A DNA stretch of 64,000 nucleotides from Minisyncoccota bacterium. Lineage in GTDB: Bacteria > Patescibacteriota > Minisyncoccia > Phycocordibacterales > UBA5272. The first letter of the stretch is position 1. Each line of letters opens with the position of its first letter. A program made the translations under genes and the position numbers. Shown here piece after piece: positions 10,510-19,384 of the stretch. The notes beneath the pieces are model-generated. The model ran no database searches. It was not told where the DNA came from and saw only the letters and a list, made by a program, of their open reading frames with translations. The stretch covers positions 130,330-194,329 of the forward strand of contig JAGOQU010000001.1 of assembly GCA_018063165.1 (NCBI GenBank), in the 5' to 3' direction.

Positions 10510-12066
10510 ATGAAAAAAATAAGCATTATTGTATTATCGTTCTTTTTTATAACTCCTAATCTTTTTGCTTTAGGATGTGTAGATATTAAAAGTAATCTTG
10601 CTCAGACACAAGAAAATGCATCTGTTAAGTTGCTTCAGGATTTTTTATTTGAAAAAGGTTTTTTACAGGCTAAACCAAATGGTTATTTTGGTGTAGGGAC
10701 ACTTGCTTCTGTAAAAAAATATCAAAAGAGTATTAACCTTTCTCAAGTTGGAGTAGCTGGTCCTGCAACTAGAGCTGCTATAAAAAAAGAAACTTGCTCA
10801 TCTTTAGTTACTCCGCATTTACAAGCTACTAGTACAAAAAGTGTAACTATTCAAAAAAAAGATGAAATAAAAGAGAGTATAAAAATACCAGAGACTAAAA
10901 CAAAAACAATTTCTGAAGAAAATAATAATAAAAGAAGTAAAGATGTTGAGACTATTTTACTGGGTCTTTATAATGACTTTTTATACACTGGAGGTGTAAT
11001 TCCTATGCCAGTTTTAGATATTCCGAAAGAGCTCTGTGTAGTACCTCAGTCTGTTATTAATGCAAACGCTACAGCTACGATACCAGTTTTACCATGTAGT
11101 AATTTTGTAGACATAACAAGACTTTCTCCTCATCGTTTAAAGAATATTCCTCGAGATCCTAAAATAGCTACAACGAGTACTCTTACTGGATACTTTGTAA
11201 CAAGAACTAATACTAATGATATTTCTGTTATAGCAAAGAATGCAGAAAATGGTATAACGATTAAAGCAACATGTAATTTTAATAATGCATGCAAAAATAT
11301 AGAGCGTATCTCACATGTTTTTTTCGATGTTCCAAATCTTGCTTCAACTAGCAGAAGTGTTCTTATTAAAGATTCTGCATTAGTTGTACCATTTGTCCTG
11401 TATGGTAAAAATTTCACAGCCTCTAATACTTTAACGTTATCTGCTAAATATTCTAATCAAAAATATATATTAGGCACCTTTCCTTCTTCAGACGGTAAAA
11501 TTATTACATTGCAAGCAAAAGATTTATCACGTAAAGTGTCTTGTGGTAATAGTTGTATACAAGAAATTCCTTTAGGTGATTATGAAATATCATTGAGTAA
11601 CCAAGGAGGTGTAAGTGTCAGTGTGATACCTGTTTCTATAAAAGGTTATTCTATGTCAGTTGTAGATAATAGTTATTCTGTAAAACCTGATACAAAAAAT
11701 ACAAAATTTGCAACAATTACTTTTTCTGTAGATATACCTGTTACTATAAAATCGTTAACGTTGACAGCAACAAATACAGCATCAGCTCTTTCAAGTAAAG
11801 TAAGTCGTTTAGTGGTGGAAGATGTTAATGAAAGTACTATGTCTAGTCCAGCAACCGGTGTCTTAAATTTAGGTTCAAAATCTATTAGCGCTGGTCAAGT
11901 AAAAAAATATAATTTATACACTGATGTTGGCATATTAGCGTATAGTGAAGTTGGAGCTGTCAGGTATTCCGGGTATATTACTGTAACTGATTCTATTACT
12001 GATAAAACACGTTCAGCCGATATTCAGATTCCTATTAAAGACTTATTTATAAATATTTCTTATTGA
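10510..12066 (+). CDS. Secreted protein with an N-terminal peptidoglycan-binding domain and a large beta-rich C-terminal region
   Basis: Signal peptide MKKISIIVLSFFFITPNLFALG, then the PG_binding_1-like segment VKLLQDFLFEKGFLQAKPNGYFGVGTLASVKKYQK. The remainder is S/T/N-rich repeats. Start placed at the internal Met. Confidence 0.65.
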   Translation: MKKISIIVLSFFFITPNLFALGCVDIKSNLAQTQENASVKLLQDFLFEKGFLQAKPNGYFGVGTLASVKKYQKSINLSQVGVAGPATRAAIKKETCSSLVTPHLQATSTKSVTIQKKDEIKESIKIPETKTKTISEENNNKRSKDVETILLGLYNDFLYTGGVIPMPVLDIPKELCVVPQSVINANATATIPVLPCSNFVDITRLSPHRLKNIPRDPKIATTSTLTGYFVTRTNTNDISVIAKNAENGITIKATCNFNNACKNIERISHVFFDVPNLASTSRSVLIKDSALVVPFVLYGKNFTASNTLTLSAKYSNQKYILGTFPSSDGKIITLQAKDLSRKVSCGNSCIQEIPLGDYEISLSNQGGVSVSVIPVSIKGYSMSVVDNSYSVKPDTKNTKFATITFSVDIPVTIKSLTLTATNTASALSSKVSRLVVEDVNESTMSSPATGVLNLGSKSISAGQVKKYNLYTDVGILAYSEVGAVRYSGYITVTDSITDKTRSADIQIPIKDLFINISY

Positions 12067-12131
12067 CTTTAAATGTGTTTAAGGATAGTATTCTCTTTGT
12101 TCTTTAAACAATGTTAGAAAGGGGTTTTTGT

Positions 12132-12383
12132 ATGGTATATAAGACTGAACATAAAGAAATCGGTCTCACAATTAAAATTTCTTCACATAGAAAACATGGT
12201 AATGGTGCAGTTGGTGGTGGTCGTAAGAATACAAGTGGAAAGAAAGCTGTTATCTCAAAAATAGGTAACGAAAATGTTGTTATTACAGCTTGTACCATGT
12301 GTCAGCTTTTAAAGGATATACGATCAAAGTTTAATATACCTCCGTATATTAAAATAAATGAAAAAGGGGAAACTTGTATATGA
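12132..12383 (+). CDS. Hypothetical small protein
   Basis: 83 aa from the internal Met, preceded by AAAGGGG 8 nt upstream. No domain recognised. Confidence 0.3.
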   Translation: MVYKTEHKEIGLTIKISSHRKHGNGAVGGGRKNTSGKKAVISKIGNENVVITACTMCQLLKDIRSKFNIPPYIKINEKGETCI

Positions 12384-12431
12384 TATACAAAAACATCAAC
12401 AATATATTGTTGATGTTTTTTTTATGTATCT

Positions 12432-12716
12432 TTATATAAAAAAAGAAATTAAAAATATCGTTAGTGTTTGTATTAAGATTACTATTAAAAGTTTGGCAAG
12501 ATTAGTACGTATTAGAGTAACATTATTATGTGTTATTTTTTGAATGATATATAGATATATAACAAGAGAGGAGAAATATAATATTGTTGCAAACACAATT
12601 ACAATAAGAAGGTTTGGTCCTTCGGGGTCATTCAAAAACCAAAAAGCTATTTTTGAAGAAAGCAGAGATACTATGTAGAGTGTGATTAAAGAAATAGTTT
12701 TCTGTTTGGTATACAT
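12432..12716 (-). CDS. Hypothetical 3-TM membrane protein
   Basis: 94-aa hydrophobic ORF in a low-coding-density stretch. Confidence 0.3.
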   Translation of the reverse strand: MYTKQKTISLITLYIVSLLSSKIAFWFLNDPEGPNLLIVIVFATILYFSSLVIYLYIIQKITHNNVTLIRTNLAKLLIVILIQTLTIFLISFFI

Positions 12717-12775
12717 ATTTAAAAGTATACAGTAGATTTTTTAATGTGCGTATTTGTATGTATTTATATACTACA

Positions 12776-12808
12776 AAAAAGTAGTCCCAATTGAGACTAC
12801 TTTGTTAG
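12776..12808. terminator. Bidirectional hairpin terminator
   Basis: AGTAGTCccaattgaGACTACT flanked by an A-run and a T-run. It serves the minus-strand gene ending at 12815. Confidence 0.5.
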
Positions 12809-12814
12809 TTGTAT

Positions 12815-13051
12815 TTATTTTGTTGACTTGGTAATTTTTGCTCTACCATAATCAACAATTGGATTCATTTGTATCTGAGCGTTGTAGTTTTCAACATATT
12901 CGATGATGCCTCTCTTACTTAGATACATGGGTGTAATATCCCAGAGAGGGCTATTTTTTGTTTTGTAAAGCCATTGCCACACTTTGTTCTTGTTAACAAC
13001 AGGTGGAATGTTTTGATTTTCTGAATTTACAATAACTAGATCTGCTTCCAT
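12815..13051 (-). CDS. Hypothetical protein
   Basis: 78-aa ORF with a GAAAGG RBS. It could be a fragment of a larger ancestral gene. Confidence 0.4.
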   Translation of the reverse strand: MEADLVIVNSENQNIPPVVNKNKVWQWLYKTKNSPLWDITPMYLSKRGIIEYVENYNAQIQMNPIVDYGRAKITKSTK

Positions 13052-13135
13052 TGGTATACCTTTCGTAACAAAATACCTTTTTTATAATAATATTATTTTA
13101 TATTTATGTCAATTTTTACTTTAAGATTTTTAATG

Positions 13136-13381
13136 TTAGAGTCCGTTAATATCTTCGTTGATATTAGTAATGTCAGCTTCAAAATTTTCTCCATCTATTG
13201 CATTAAGATCAGCATCTATAGAACTAGGTTCAGGTGTTACTACTTCTGGTGTTTTGACCTGCTCAGGTGTTGTTAGTACTGTTTCAGGAGATTTTTGCAT
13301 ATCTTTTTTTGAATAGTAGAAAACAACACTAATAATGATAAGGATTACTGCAACAACTGAGATGATTATTTTTTTGTTCAT
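13136..13381 (-). CDS. Small membrane-anchored acidic protein
   Basis: N-terminal TM (IISVVAVILIIISVVFYY) then an acidic P/E/T-rich tail. Confidence 0.4.
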   Translation of the reverse strand: MNKKIIISVVAVILIIISVVFYYSKKDMQKSPETVLTTPEQVKTPEVVTPEPSSIDADLNAIDGENFEADITNINEDINGL

Positions 13382-13399
13382 AGTATATATACAATAGTA

Positions 13400-14305
13400 T
13401 TATTTAATAGATGATAAATCAGTTGCTATTGATCGCAATGTTTCGTTTACTACCTTTATTGCTGTGTTTACAGATTCGATATCATTTTTGATGGCATCTC
13501 TGGTTTTTTCTGTATTAGTACGAAGAGTTGATTCGGTTGTGACGTCTATTGTATACACTTTTGTTGATTGATTTAAGATGAGAGTTCTTAAATTTGTAAT
13601 GCTTGACTCTACTTGAGAAAGCTTATTGGTTACAACAGAAACATCTTTGCCTTCTTCTGCTAGAGATGCTGATCTATCTTTAATTTTTTGAATAACCTCC
13701 TCTTGACGTGTTACTTTCTTTGAAAGAGTGTCTGTTGCTTTTTTGTTGAGTTCTTGGAATTTATCATTAATCGAAAGAGCTAGATTTTTTTTCTTTTCAT
13801 CTTTTATAACAGTAAGATTTTTCTGCAGTTCTTCTCTCTTGTTTGCTACGTTTTTTCTAGTTTCTTCTCGTCTTGCTTCAATTTTAACTTTAAAATCTGC
13901 TCTAGTTTGTTCTACTTGAAGTCTGTTTTCTTCTCGTTGTTTCTTAATATCTTCTCTTGTGGTAGAAGCATTAAGTTTCGGCTGTCCTACTCGTTCTTTT
14001 AATAATGCTCTTGTATTTGAAGCATTCATTTGTTGTACATTTTTAACAGCTTCTCTTCTTTCTGATTGTAATACATCTACATCTTCTCTTCTGTCTCCTC
14101 GCATAGTAGTGATGGTTTCTTTTGTCTCCATGCGCATAGCTTTTCTCTCTTCAATACGTGCACGTACTGGAGCGGGTGCGGTTTGAGTATTTTCTATTGC
14201 TGCTGTTGGTGATATACCAATTGTTTCTTGCGCGTATGCCAAATAAGATGCAGATAGAACGCAACTAAGTATAGATATTGTTGATACGTGTAGTATTTTT
14301 TTCAT
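13400..14305 (-). CDS. Secreted coiled-coil protein
   Basis: Signal peptide MKKILHVSTISILSCVLSASYLAYA, then K/E/R-rich heptad-like sequence throughout. Confidence 0.55.
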   Translation of the reverse strand: MKKILHVSTISILSCVLSASYLAYAQETIGISPTAAIENTQTAPAPVRARIEERKAMRMETKETITTMRGDRREDVDVLQSERREAVKNVQQMNASNTRALLKERVGQPKLNASTTREDIKKQREENRLQVEQTRADFKVKIEARREETRKNVANKREELQKNLTVIKDEKKKNLALSINDKFQELNKKATDTLSKKVTRQEEVIQKIKDRSASLAEEGKDVSVVTNKLSQVESSITNLRTLILNQSTKVYTIDVTTESTLRTNTEKTRDAIKNDIESVNTAIKVVNETLRSIATDLSSIK

Positions 14306-14395
14306 TATATGAAAGTGTATTATTTTTTTAAGTGAATAAATATAGTGTAACAAGGTTTTTGTTTAATCAAAAATAATAACGTCTTTAAACGTCTA

Positions 14396-15304
14396 TTATT
14401 TTTTTATGTTTGAAGATTGGTTATTTGTGTATTGTTTAAGTATGGCTTGTATTCCAGCTAGATTTTCTTCCCATTCAATTGTTTCATGAGATTGTAATTC
14501 TACCGTAATAGCGGGGATGTTGATTGAAGATAGCCAATCATCTGCAGCTCCTGTTATTTCGTATGCATCAAATGATTGTATTGCTGGATATCCCGATGCT
14601 TGAGAGTAGAGATTCATAAGTGTGAGCGTTTCTTGCATTATTCCATTCTGACATTGTGAAGCAAAGACACTATTAGACTGACTATGCCAAAAAATAACAG
14701 CAGTTGGCTTTTCGGTAAGCATGAAATGTTGTATTGCTTTTGTTTCCGGTTCAGAGAAGGGTGCTGATCCAGCACTTACTATGTTTGATTGCCATGTGCT
14801 TTTTGGTTTCCATTTACAATCAAAATTACGATTTAGGTCTACATTGTTAGCATTAAAACGTCCGGATGTTAAAATTTTTTTATCGTTAGATACATCCTCA
14901 CGAGTAAAACGACCTTCTTTACCTGTAACTTTATACGCACCATCAGGATTAACAGAAGGTACTATACTTATGGTTATGTTTTTTGGAATACTTGTGGGGT
15001 TATTGGTGAGATAATCAATGAAAGTATATGAAAGTAAAATACTATTCCATTCATACCCACCATGAATACCACCAACAAAAACAAGATGAGTAGGTCCATC
15101 ACCGAAAGTATATTTTTCAATAGCGCGTTTTTCTATAGAAGTACCAATAATAGTTTTAATTGGCCAGGTAATTACTTTTTCCTCTTTTTTGTTAGTAATT
15201 TCTATTACTGGTGTTTTTTCGTGAAGTTTTATATATGTTCCTAGACTAAGGATAATAAGAATAAAAACTATTGCAATATTTTTTTTGGATAAAAGTGGTT
15301 GCAT
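14396..15304 (-). CDS. M14-family zinc carboxypeptidase, membrane-anchored, catalytic residues intact
   Basis: GGIHGGYEWN (Zn His/Glu region), VDLNRNF (the Asn-Arg motif), FWHSQSN (second Zn His) and AITVELQ (catalytic Glu). The ATG at 15304-15302 overlaps the upstream paralogue's stop (TAATG). Confidence 0.7.
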   Translation of the reverse strand: MQPLLSKKNIAIVFILIILSLGTYIKLHEKTPVIEITNKKEEKVITWPIKTIIGTSIEKRAIEKYTFGDGPTHLVFVGGIHGGYEWNSILLSYTFIDYLTNNPTSIPKNITISIVPSVNPDGAYKVTGKEGRFTREDVSNDKKILTSGRFNANNVDLNRNFDCKWKPKSTWQSNIVSAGSAPFSEPETKAIQHFMLTEKPTAVIFWHSQSNSVFASQCQNGIMQETLTLMNLYSQASGYPAIQSFDAYEITGAADDWLSSINIPAITVELQSHETIEWEENLAGIQAILKQYTNNQSSNIKK

Positions 15305-16203
15305 TATTTGGTGTAATATGTGAGTAATGCTTTCACTCCTGCTATATTTTTTGCCCAATCTGTGCCGGTATGATTTGTTAATAAAATACTAATAGCTGGA
15401 ATATTATTTTTTGCAAACCAGTTCACCATATCTCCGGTTGTTGCGTAAAAATCAAAACTGTCGTATGCAGGGTATCCGGAGGCTGTAGCAAATACTTTTG
15501 TAATCGCGCTTGTTTCTGTGGATACGCCATTGTTACAACTGGATGCAAAAACACCACCAGCTGCACTGTACCAAACTACTACAGATATAGGTGTATGTGT
15601 TTCTGTATATTCTTTAATAGCTTTACTTTCCGGTTCAGAGAATGTGTTACTTCCAGCGCTTACTGTTTTATTTTGCCATACACCTTCTGATTTCCAGTTA
15701 CAATCAAAATTTCTACTTAGATCAACATTATTTCCATTGAATCTACCAGATGTAACAACACTTTCTAAGGTTGATACATCTGTTTTCAAAAATCTTCCAG
15801 TTGTTCCTACGACTTTATGTAGACCATCAGGATTCATAACAGGGATAATTGTAATCTTTAGAGTGTCTGGAATACTATTTGGGTTTGCTTTAAAATAGTC
15901 CATAAGATCGTATGCAAGTAAAACCGTGTTCCATTCATATCCACCATGAATACCTCCAATCAGTAAAAGTTCATTCGTTCCTTTTCCGTAGTGATATGCA
16001 ACAATCTCATTTCCTTCAACAGATGTACCTATAACTGTTTTGGTTTTATCAATAACAGTTTCTGTGGTAGAAGAGTGATTGTTGGTGTTCTTTATTTCTT
16101 CAGTGTCAGTCGTTAAATCTATTTTCTCTACAGGTCTATCAAGTAACATATATACACCTACACCAATGATCAGTACCAAAATCACAATAAATATATTTTT
16201 CAT
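15304..16203 (-). CDS. M14-like paralogue with substituted catalytic residues (probable pseudo-peptidase)
   Basis: Same fold and the same GGIHGGYEWN segment. However VDLSRNF has Asn replaced by Ser, VWYSAAG has the second Zn His replaced by Tyr, and AISILLT has the catalytic Glu replaced by Leu. Confidence 0.65.
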   Translation of the reverse strand: MKNIFIVILVLIIGVGVYMLLDRPVEKIDLTTDTEEIKNTNNHSSTTETVIDKTKTVIGTSVEGNEIVAYHYGKGTNELLLIGGIHGGYEWNTVLLAYDLMDYFKANPNSIPDTLKITIIPVMNPDGLHKVVGTTGRFLKTDVSTLESVVTSGRFNGNNVDLSRNFDCNWKSEGVWQNKTVSAGSNTFSEPESKAIKEYTETHTPISVVVWYSAAGGVFASSCNNGVSTETSAITKVFATASGYPAYDSFDFYATTGDMVNWFAKNNIPAISILLTNHTGTDWAKNIAGVKALLTYYTK

Positions 16204-16244
16204 ATACGTTAAGTATACACTTCTCACAGCAATTAGATATCTTC

Positions 16245-17177
16245 CTAATCAAATATATGTATGAGATAAGTATCTATTTCTCTTTGGTCAATATCGTAGA
16301 AATTAAGTGTATTCTTGTGAAGATATGTAGCCAATTCTATACCAACAAAACGCCAATGCCACGGTTCATAAACGTAGTATTTATTACCTTTTGGATAAGA
16401 AAGTACAAATCCAAAACGGTAAGCATTATTAAGAAGCCATGTATAAGCGTCTGTTTTATCAAAAGCAGTAGTAAGTTGACCATTAAGTCCTGTTGTTATA
16501 AAGTCCAGTGTTACCCCAAGTTGATGCTCAGAATATCCTTGATCAGCAGAAAAGGTGTTGGAAGTTCCAGCGCCATATTTCACTGTATATGCTGATTTGA
16601 GTGACTTTTGTTCATCAAAGGATCTATATCCAGATTTTACATAAAGAGTAACTCCATCTGCTTTAGCAGAAGTAAATAAATGTAATAAATAAGGCAAAGA
16701 CTTTGTAGAAAAATATTCTTGTCTTGTTGAACTGTAGGTATACTCAGGTGGAATAGTACTTAAATCTAATGGTTTATAGTTTTCGTTTAAAAAGTATACT
16801 TTCGAATATTTTTTTAAAAGCTCAGGGTCTATTTGAGAAAGTTTCTGCAAATCACCGACTGTACCAGATATGGAACCAACTGTTTGTGCTACGCCACCAA
16901 CTTGATTTTTTACTGATTCAATATTTTGTTGTGTGTTGTTAAGAACATCAGAAATTCCTGTTGTCTGTGTATGTAAGTCAGTGATATTTTCTGAGAGTAA
17001 CTTCGTATTTTGCATTAAAGCATGTGAAGTAGAAGACAATTCACTGTTAAGAAAAAGTATATCTTTTTTTAAACTAGATATTTGTATATATCCATACACA
17101 ACAGAACCTCCTAATACAATAAAAATAATTCCAGTTAGAAAAACATATGATGATTTTTTTGGTGTATGTTGTTGCAA
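16245..17177 (-). CDS. M15 (VanY-type) D-alanyl-D-alanine carboxypeptidase family protein
   Basis: SGYRSFDEQ...SEHQLGVTLD (H-x6-D) ...EPWHWRFVG. There is an N-terminal TM plus a coiled-coil linker. Confidence 0.75.
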   Translation of the reverse strand: MQQHTPKKSSYVFLTGIIFIVLGGSVVYGYIQISSLKKDILFLNSELSSTSHALMQNTKLLSENITDLHTQTTGISDVLNNTQQNIESVKNQVGGVAQTVGSISGTVGDLQKLSQIDPELLKKYSKVYFLNENYKPLDLSTIPPEYTYSSTRQEYFSTKSLPYLLHLFTSAKADGVTLYVKSGYRSFDEQKSLKSAYTVKYGAGTSNTFSADQGYSEHQLGVTLDFITTGLNGQLTTAFDKTDAYTWLLNNAYRFGFVLSYPKGNKYYVYEPWHWRFVGIELATYLHKNTLNFYDIDQREIDTYLIHIFD

Positions 17178-17233
17178 GATGTATATAAGTATAGCACTAA
17201 TGAGTTTATGTGTTGTTATCTTGTTGTGTGTTA

Positions 17234-17791
17234 TTAATTTCTTGTTTGCCAGAGTATTAAGTCGAGCATTTTTGTTTTTGATATTTTAGAAGTTGGATAT
17301 TCTTTGGTGAATTGTTCAACCAAATATTTACCAGTTTCTGTTTTAAGAAATAGAGAAAATTCTTTAACCAAGGTTTGATAAATTTTAAGAATTTTTACTT
17401 CTCTCTCTTTGTCATACGAGTAGGGTAGTTTTAATTTAAGATTCTTCAAAACGATACTATCTATAACAGGCATCTTTGGATCTATTGTCGCAACAAGTTT
17501 ACTTGCAAAAGAAGATTCTATTTTTCCTGTCTTCTTAAAAAGTTTCGACAGAGTATTTTTAAAAGTTACAGTATCCTTTTTACTTTTTTGAAGTAGGGAA
17601 TAAAATTCTTTTTGCCACTCTTTGTTTCTGTGGGGTGTAATTTTATAGAAGTAATTAAATTTCTTTTGGAACTCAGCATCTTTGCTTACGTCTTTCTTCA
17701 TTACTTCATTTTGAATCCACAGGTATTGATCAAGACCTTTTTTAACCTTGGGTAGAGCTTCGTGAATTTGTTCCTTTGTAAGCGATATCAT
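17234..17791 (-). CDS. Hypothetical protein
   Basis: 185 aa, K-rich, no recognisable motif. Confidence 0.45.
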   Translation of the reverse strand: MISLTKEQIHEALPKVKKGLDQYLWIQNEVMKKDVSKDAEFQKKFNYFYKITPHRNKEWQKEFYSLLQKSKKDTVTFKNTLSKLFKKTGKIESSFASKLVATIDPKMPVIDSIVLKNLKLKLPYSYDKEREVKILKIYQTLVKEFSLFLKTETGKYLVEQFTKEYPTSKISKTKMLDLILWQTRN

Positions 17792-17884
17792 TGTATATAT
17801 TTTGATTTTAACATTATTTTTTAAATATAGTTATATATTTTCAATGTGTTACTAAATACAATAATCATACTAAACAATAACAAG

Positions 17885-18133
17885 ATGTTATCCATTGAAA
17901 TTGACCTAGACGAGATAGGAATGAAAGAGAAGATAAAAGATGAGGTTAATAGATTCAAACGCTTCCAAATAGGTGTTTTAGGTGTTAAGGATAGTACCAG
18001 TGTAGGTGATGTGGATATACGAAACTATGCGAAGTATATTTTGAGAGATGGGAAAGATATTGAGAAAAGAGAGTTGTTAAGTTGTCTAAGAAGTAGGATT
18101 CTACTAAAGAATAAAGAATTGAGTTTAGTTTAA
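17885..18133 (+). CDS. Hypothetical small protein
   Basis: About 82 aa from the internal Met. No HTH recognised. Confidence 0.3.
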   Translation: MLSIEIDLDEIGMKEKIKDEVNRFKRFQIGVLGVKDSTSVGDVDIRNYAKYILRDGKDIEKRELLSCLRSRILLKNKELSLV

Positions 18134-18155
18134 TTTATTTATCCACAGTTTGTTC

Positions 18156-18187
18156 TATTGTATTAGAACAAATGTTCTAATACAATA
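18156..18187. promoter_or_regulatory. Perfect 15-bp inverted repeat with a 2-bp spacer, upstream of the methyltransferase
   Basis: TATTGTATTAGAACA aa TGTTCTAATACAATA, about 90 bp upstream of the methylase start. No T-run follows it. Confidence 0.5.
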
Positions 18188-18274
18188 ATAATGTAAGCAA
18201 AACAGTGTGTATTTAAGGATAAAACAATACACAATCATTTACTAAAAGAAAATGTTAAACTAAATAGTAATTTT

Positions 18275-19384
18275 ATGACACCTGTTAACAAAAAAACAAA
18301 ACTTCAAACAATAAAAAAGCCACTAGATTTATTTTCTGTACAGAAAAAAGAGGTAAAGAATAAGAATGCACTTAAAATGATTGATCTCTTTGCTGGCATT
18401 GGTGGCATACGACAGGGATTTGAAAGTGTTGGGTGTGAATCTGTTTTTTCATCAGAGTGGGATGCTCCCGCTCAAAAAACTTATGCTGAAAATTTTGGAG
18501 ATATTCCGTATGGTGATATAACTCAAATTGATCCTGAACAAATTCCTTCCTTTGATATTCTGTTGGCTGGATTCCCATGTCAGCCATTTTCTCAGGCAGG
18601 AAAAAAGCTTGGTTTAGCTGATACACGTGGAACACTTTTCTTTGATATAGCTAAGATAGTTAATCATCACAGACCAAGAGTTGTTTTTTTGGAGAATGTG
18701 AAGAGATTTAAAAGTCATGATGGTGGAAAAACATTTGAAACAATTAAATCAATTTTAGAGGATCTTGGTTATCAGATTCATGCTAAAGTTCTGAACGCAA
18801 GGGATTTTGGAGTTCCTCAAAACAGAGAAAGAATTTATATTATTGGATTCCTTGGAGAAGTTGATTTTTCATTTCCAGAACCATTAGGAAAAAAGACTAG
18901 ACTTGGTGATATTTTAGAAAAAAATGTAGATTCTAAGTACACTCTTTCAGACAAGCTTTGGGCAGGACACCAAAGAAGAAAGAAAGAGCACGCCGCTAAG
19001 GGGTATGGTTTTGGGTATTCTATGTTTAACGAGAAGTCAGAATATACTAGTACAATTTCTGCGCGATACTATAAAGATGGTTCGGAAATATTAATTGAGC
19101 AAGAAGGTAAAAACCCAAGAAAGCTCACACCTCGTGAAGCTGCAAGACTGCAAGGTTTTCCTGATACTTATAAACTTCCAGTAAGTGATATGCAAGTATA
19201 TAAACAGTTTGGTAATAGTGTAGCTGTGCCAGTTATTAAAGCACTTGCTAAAGAAATTGATAAAGCTCTTAAAACTTTGAAACAGAAGAAAACTTCAGAT
19301 CTTAGTAATATTGATATTGATAAAATTAAAGCGGACAGTGTTAAAACTGTTATGTTGAATCTTAAAAAAGAAGCTACTGTTTAG
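18275..19384 (+). CDS. DNA (cytosine-5)-methyltransferase
   Basis: Motif I DLFAGIGG, motif IV GFPCQPFSQAG, motif VI FLENVKRF, and the C-terminal QFGNSVAVPV. Confidence 0.95.
   Translation: MTPVNKKTKLQTIKKPLDLFSVQKKEVKNKNALKMIDLFAGIGGIRQGFESVGCESVFSSEWDAPAQKTYAENFGDIPYGDITQIDPEQIPSFDILLAGFPCQPFSQAGKKLGLADTRGTLFFDIAKIVNHHRPRVVFLENVKRFKSHDGGKTFETIKSILEDLGYQIHAKVLNARDFGVPQNRERIYIIGFLGEVDFSFPEPLGKKTRLGDILEKNVDSKYTLSDKLWAGHQRRKKEHAAKGYGFGYSMFNEKSEYTSTISARYYKDGSEILIEQEGKNPRKLTPREAARLQGFPDTYKLPVSDMQVYKQFGNSVAVPVIKALAKEIDKALKTLKQKKTSDLSNIDIDKIKADSVKTVMLNLKKEATV

Noticed and set aside
15518-15898. 126-aa plus-strand ORF
   Set aside because: It is antisense to the M14 paralogue. Its sequence is P/T/L-rich with no start context.
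18164-18187. Reading the palindrome as the terminator of the upstream small ORF
   Set aside because: It has an AT-rich stem and no downstream T-run. An operator-like role is favoured, though this is unproven.
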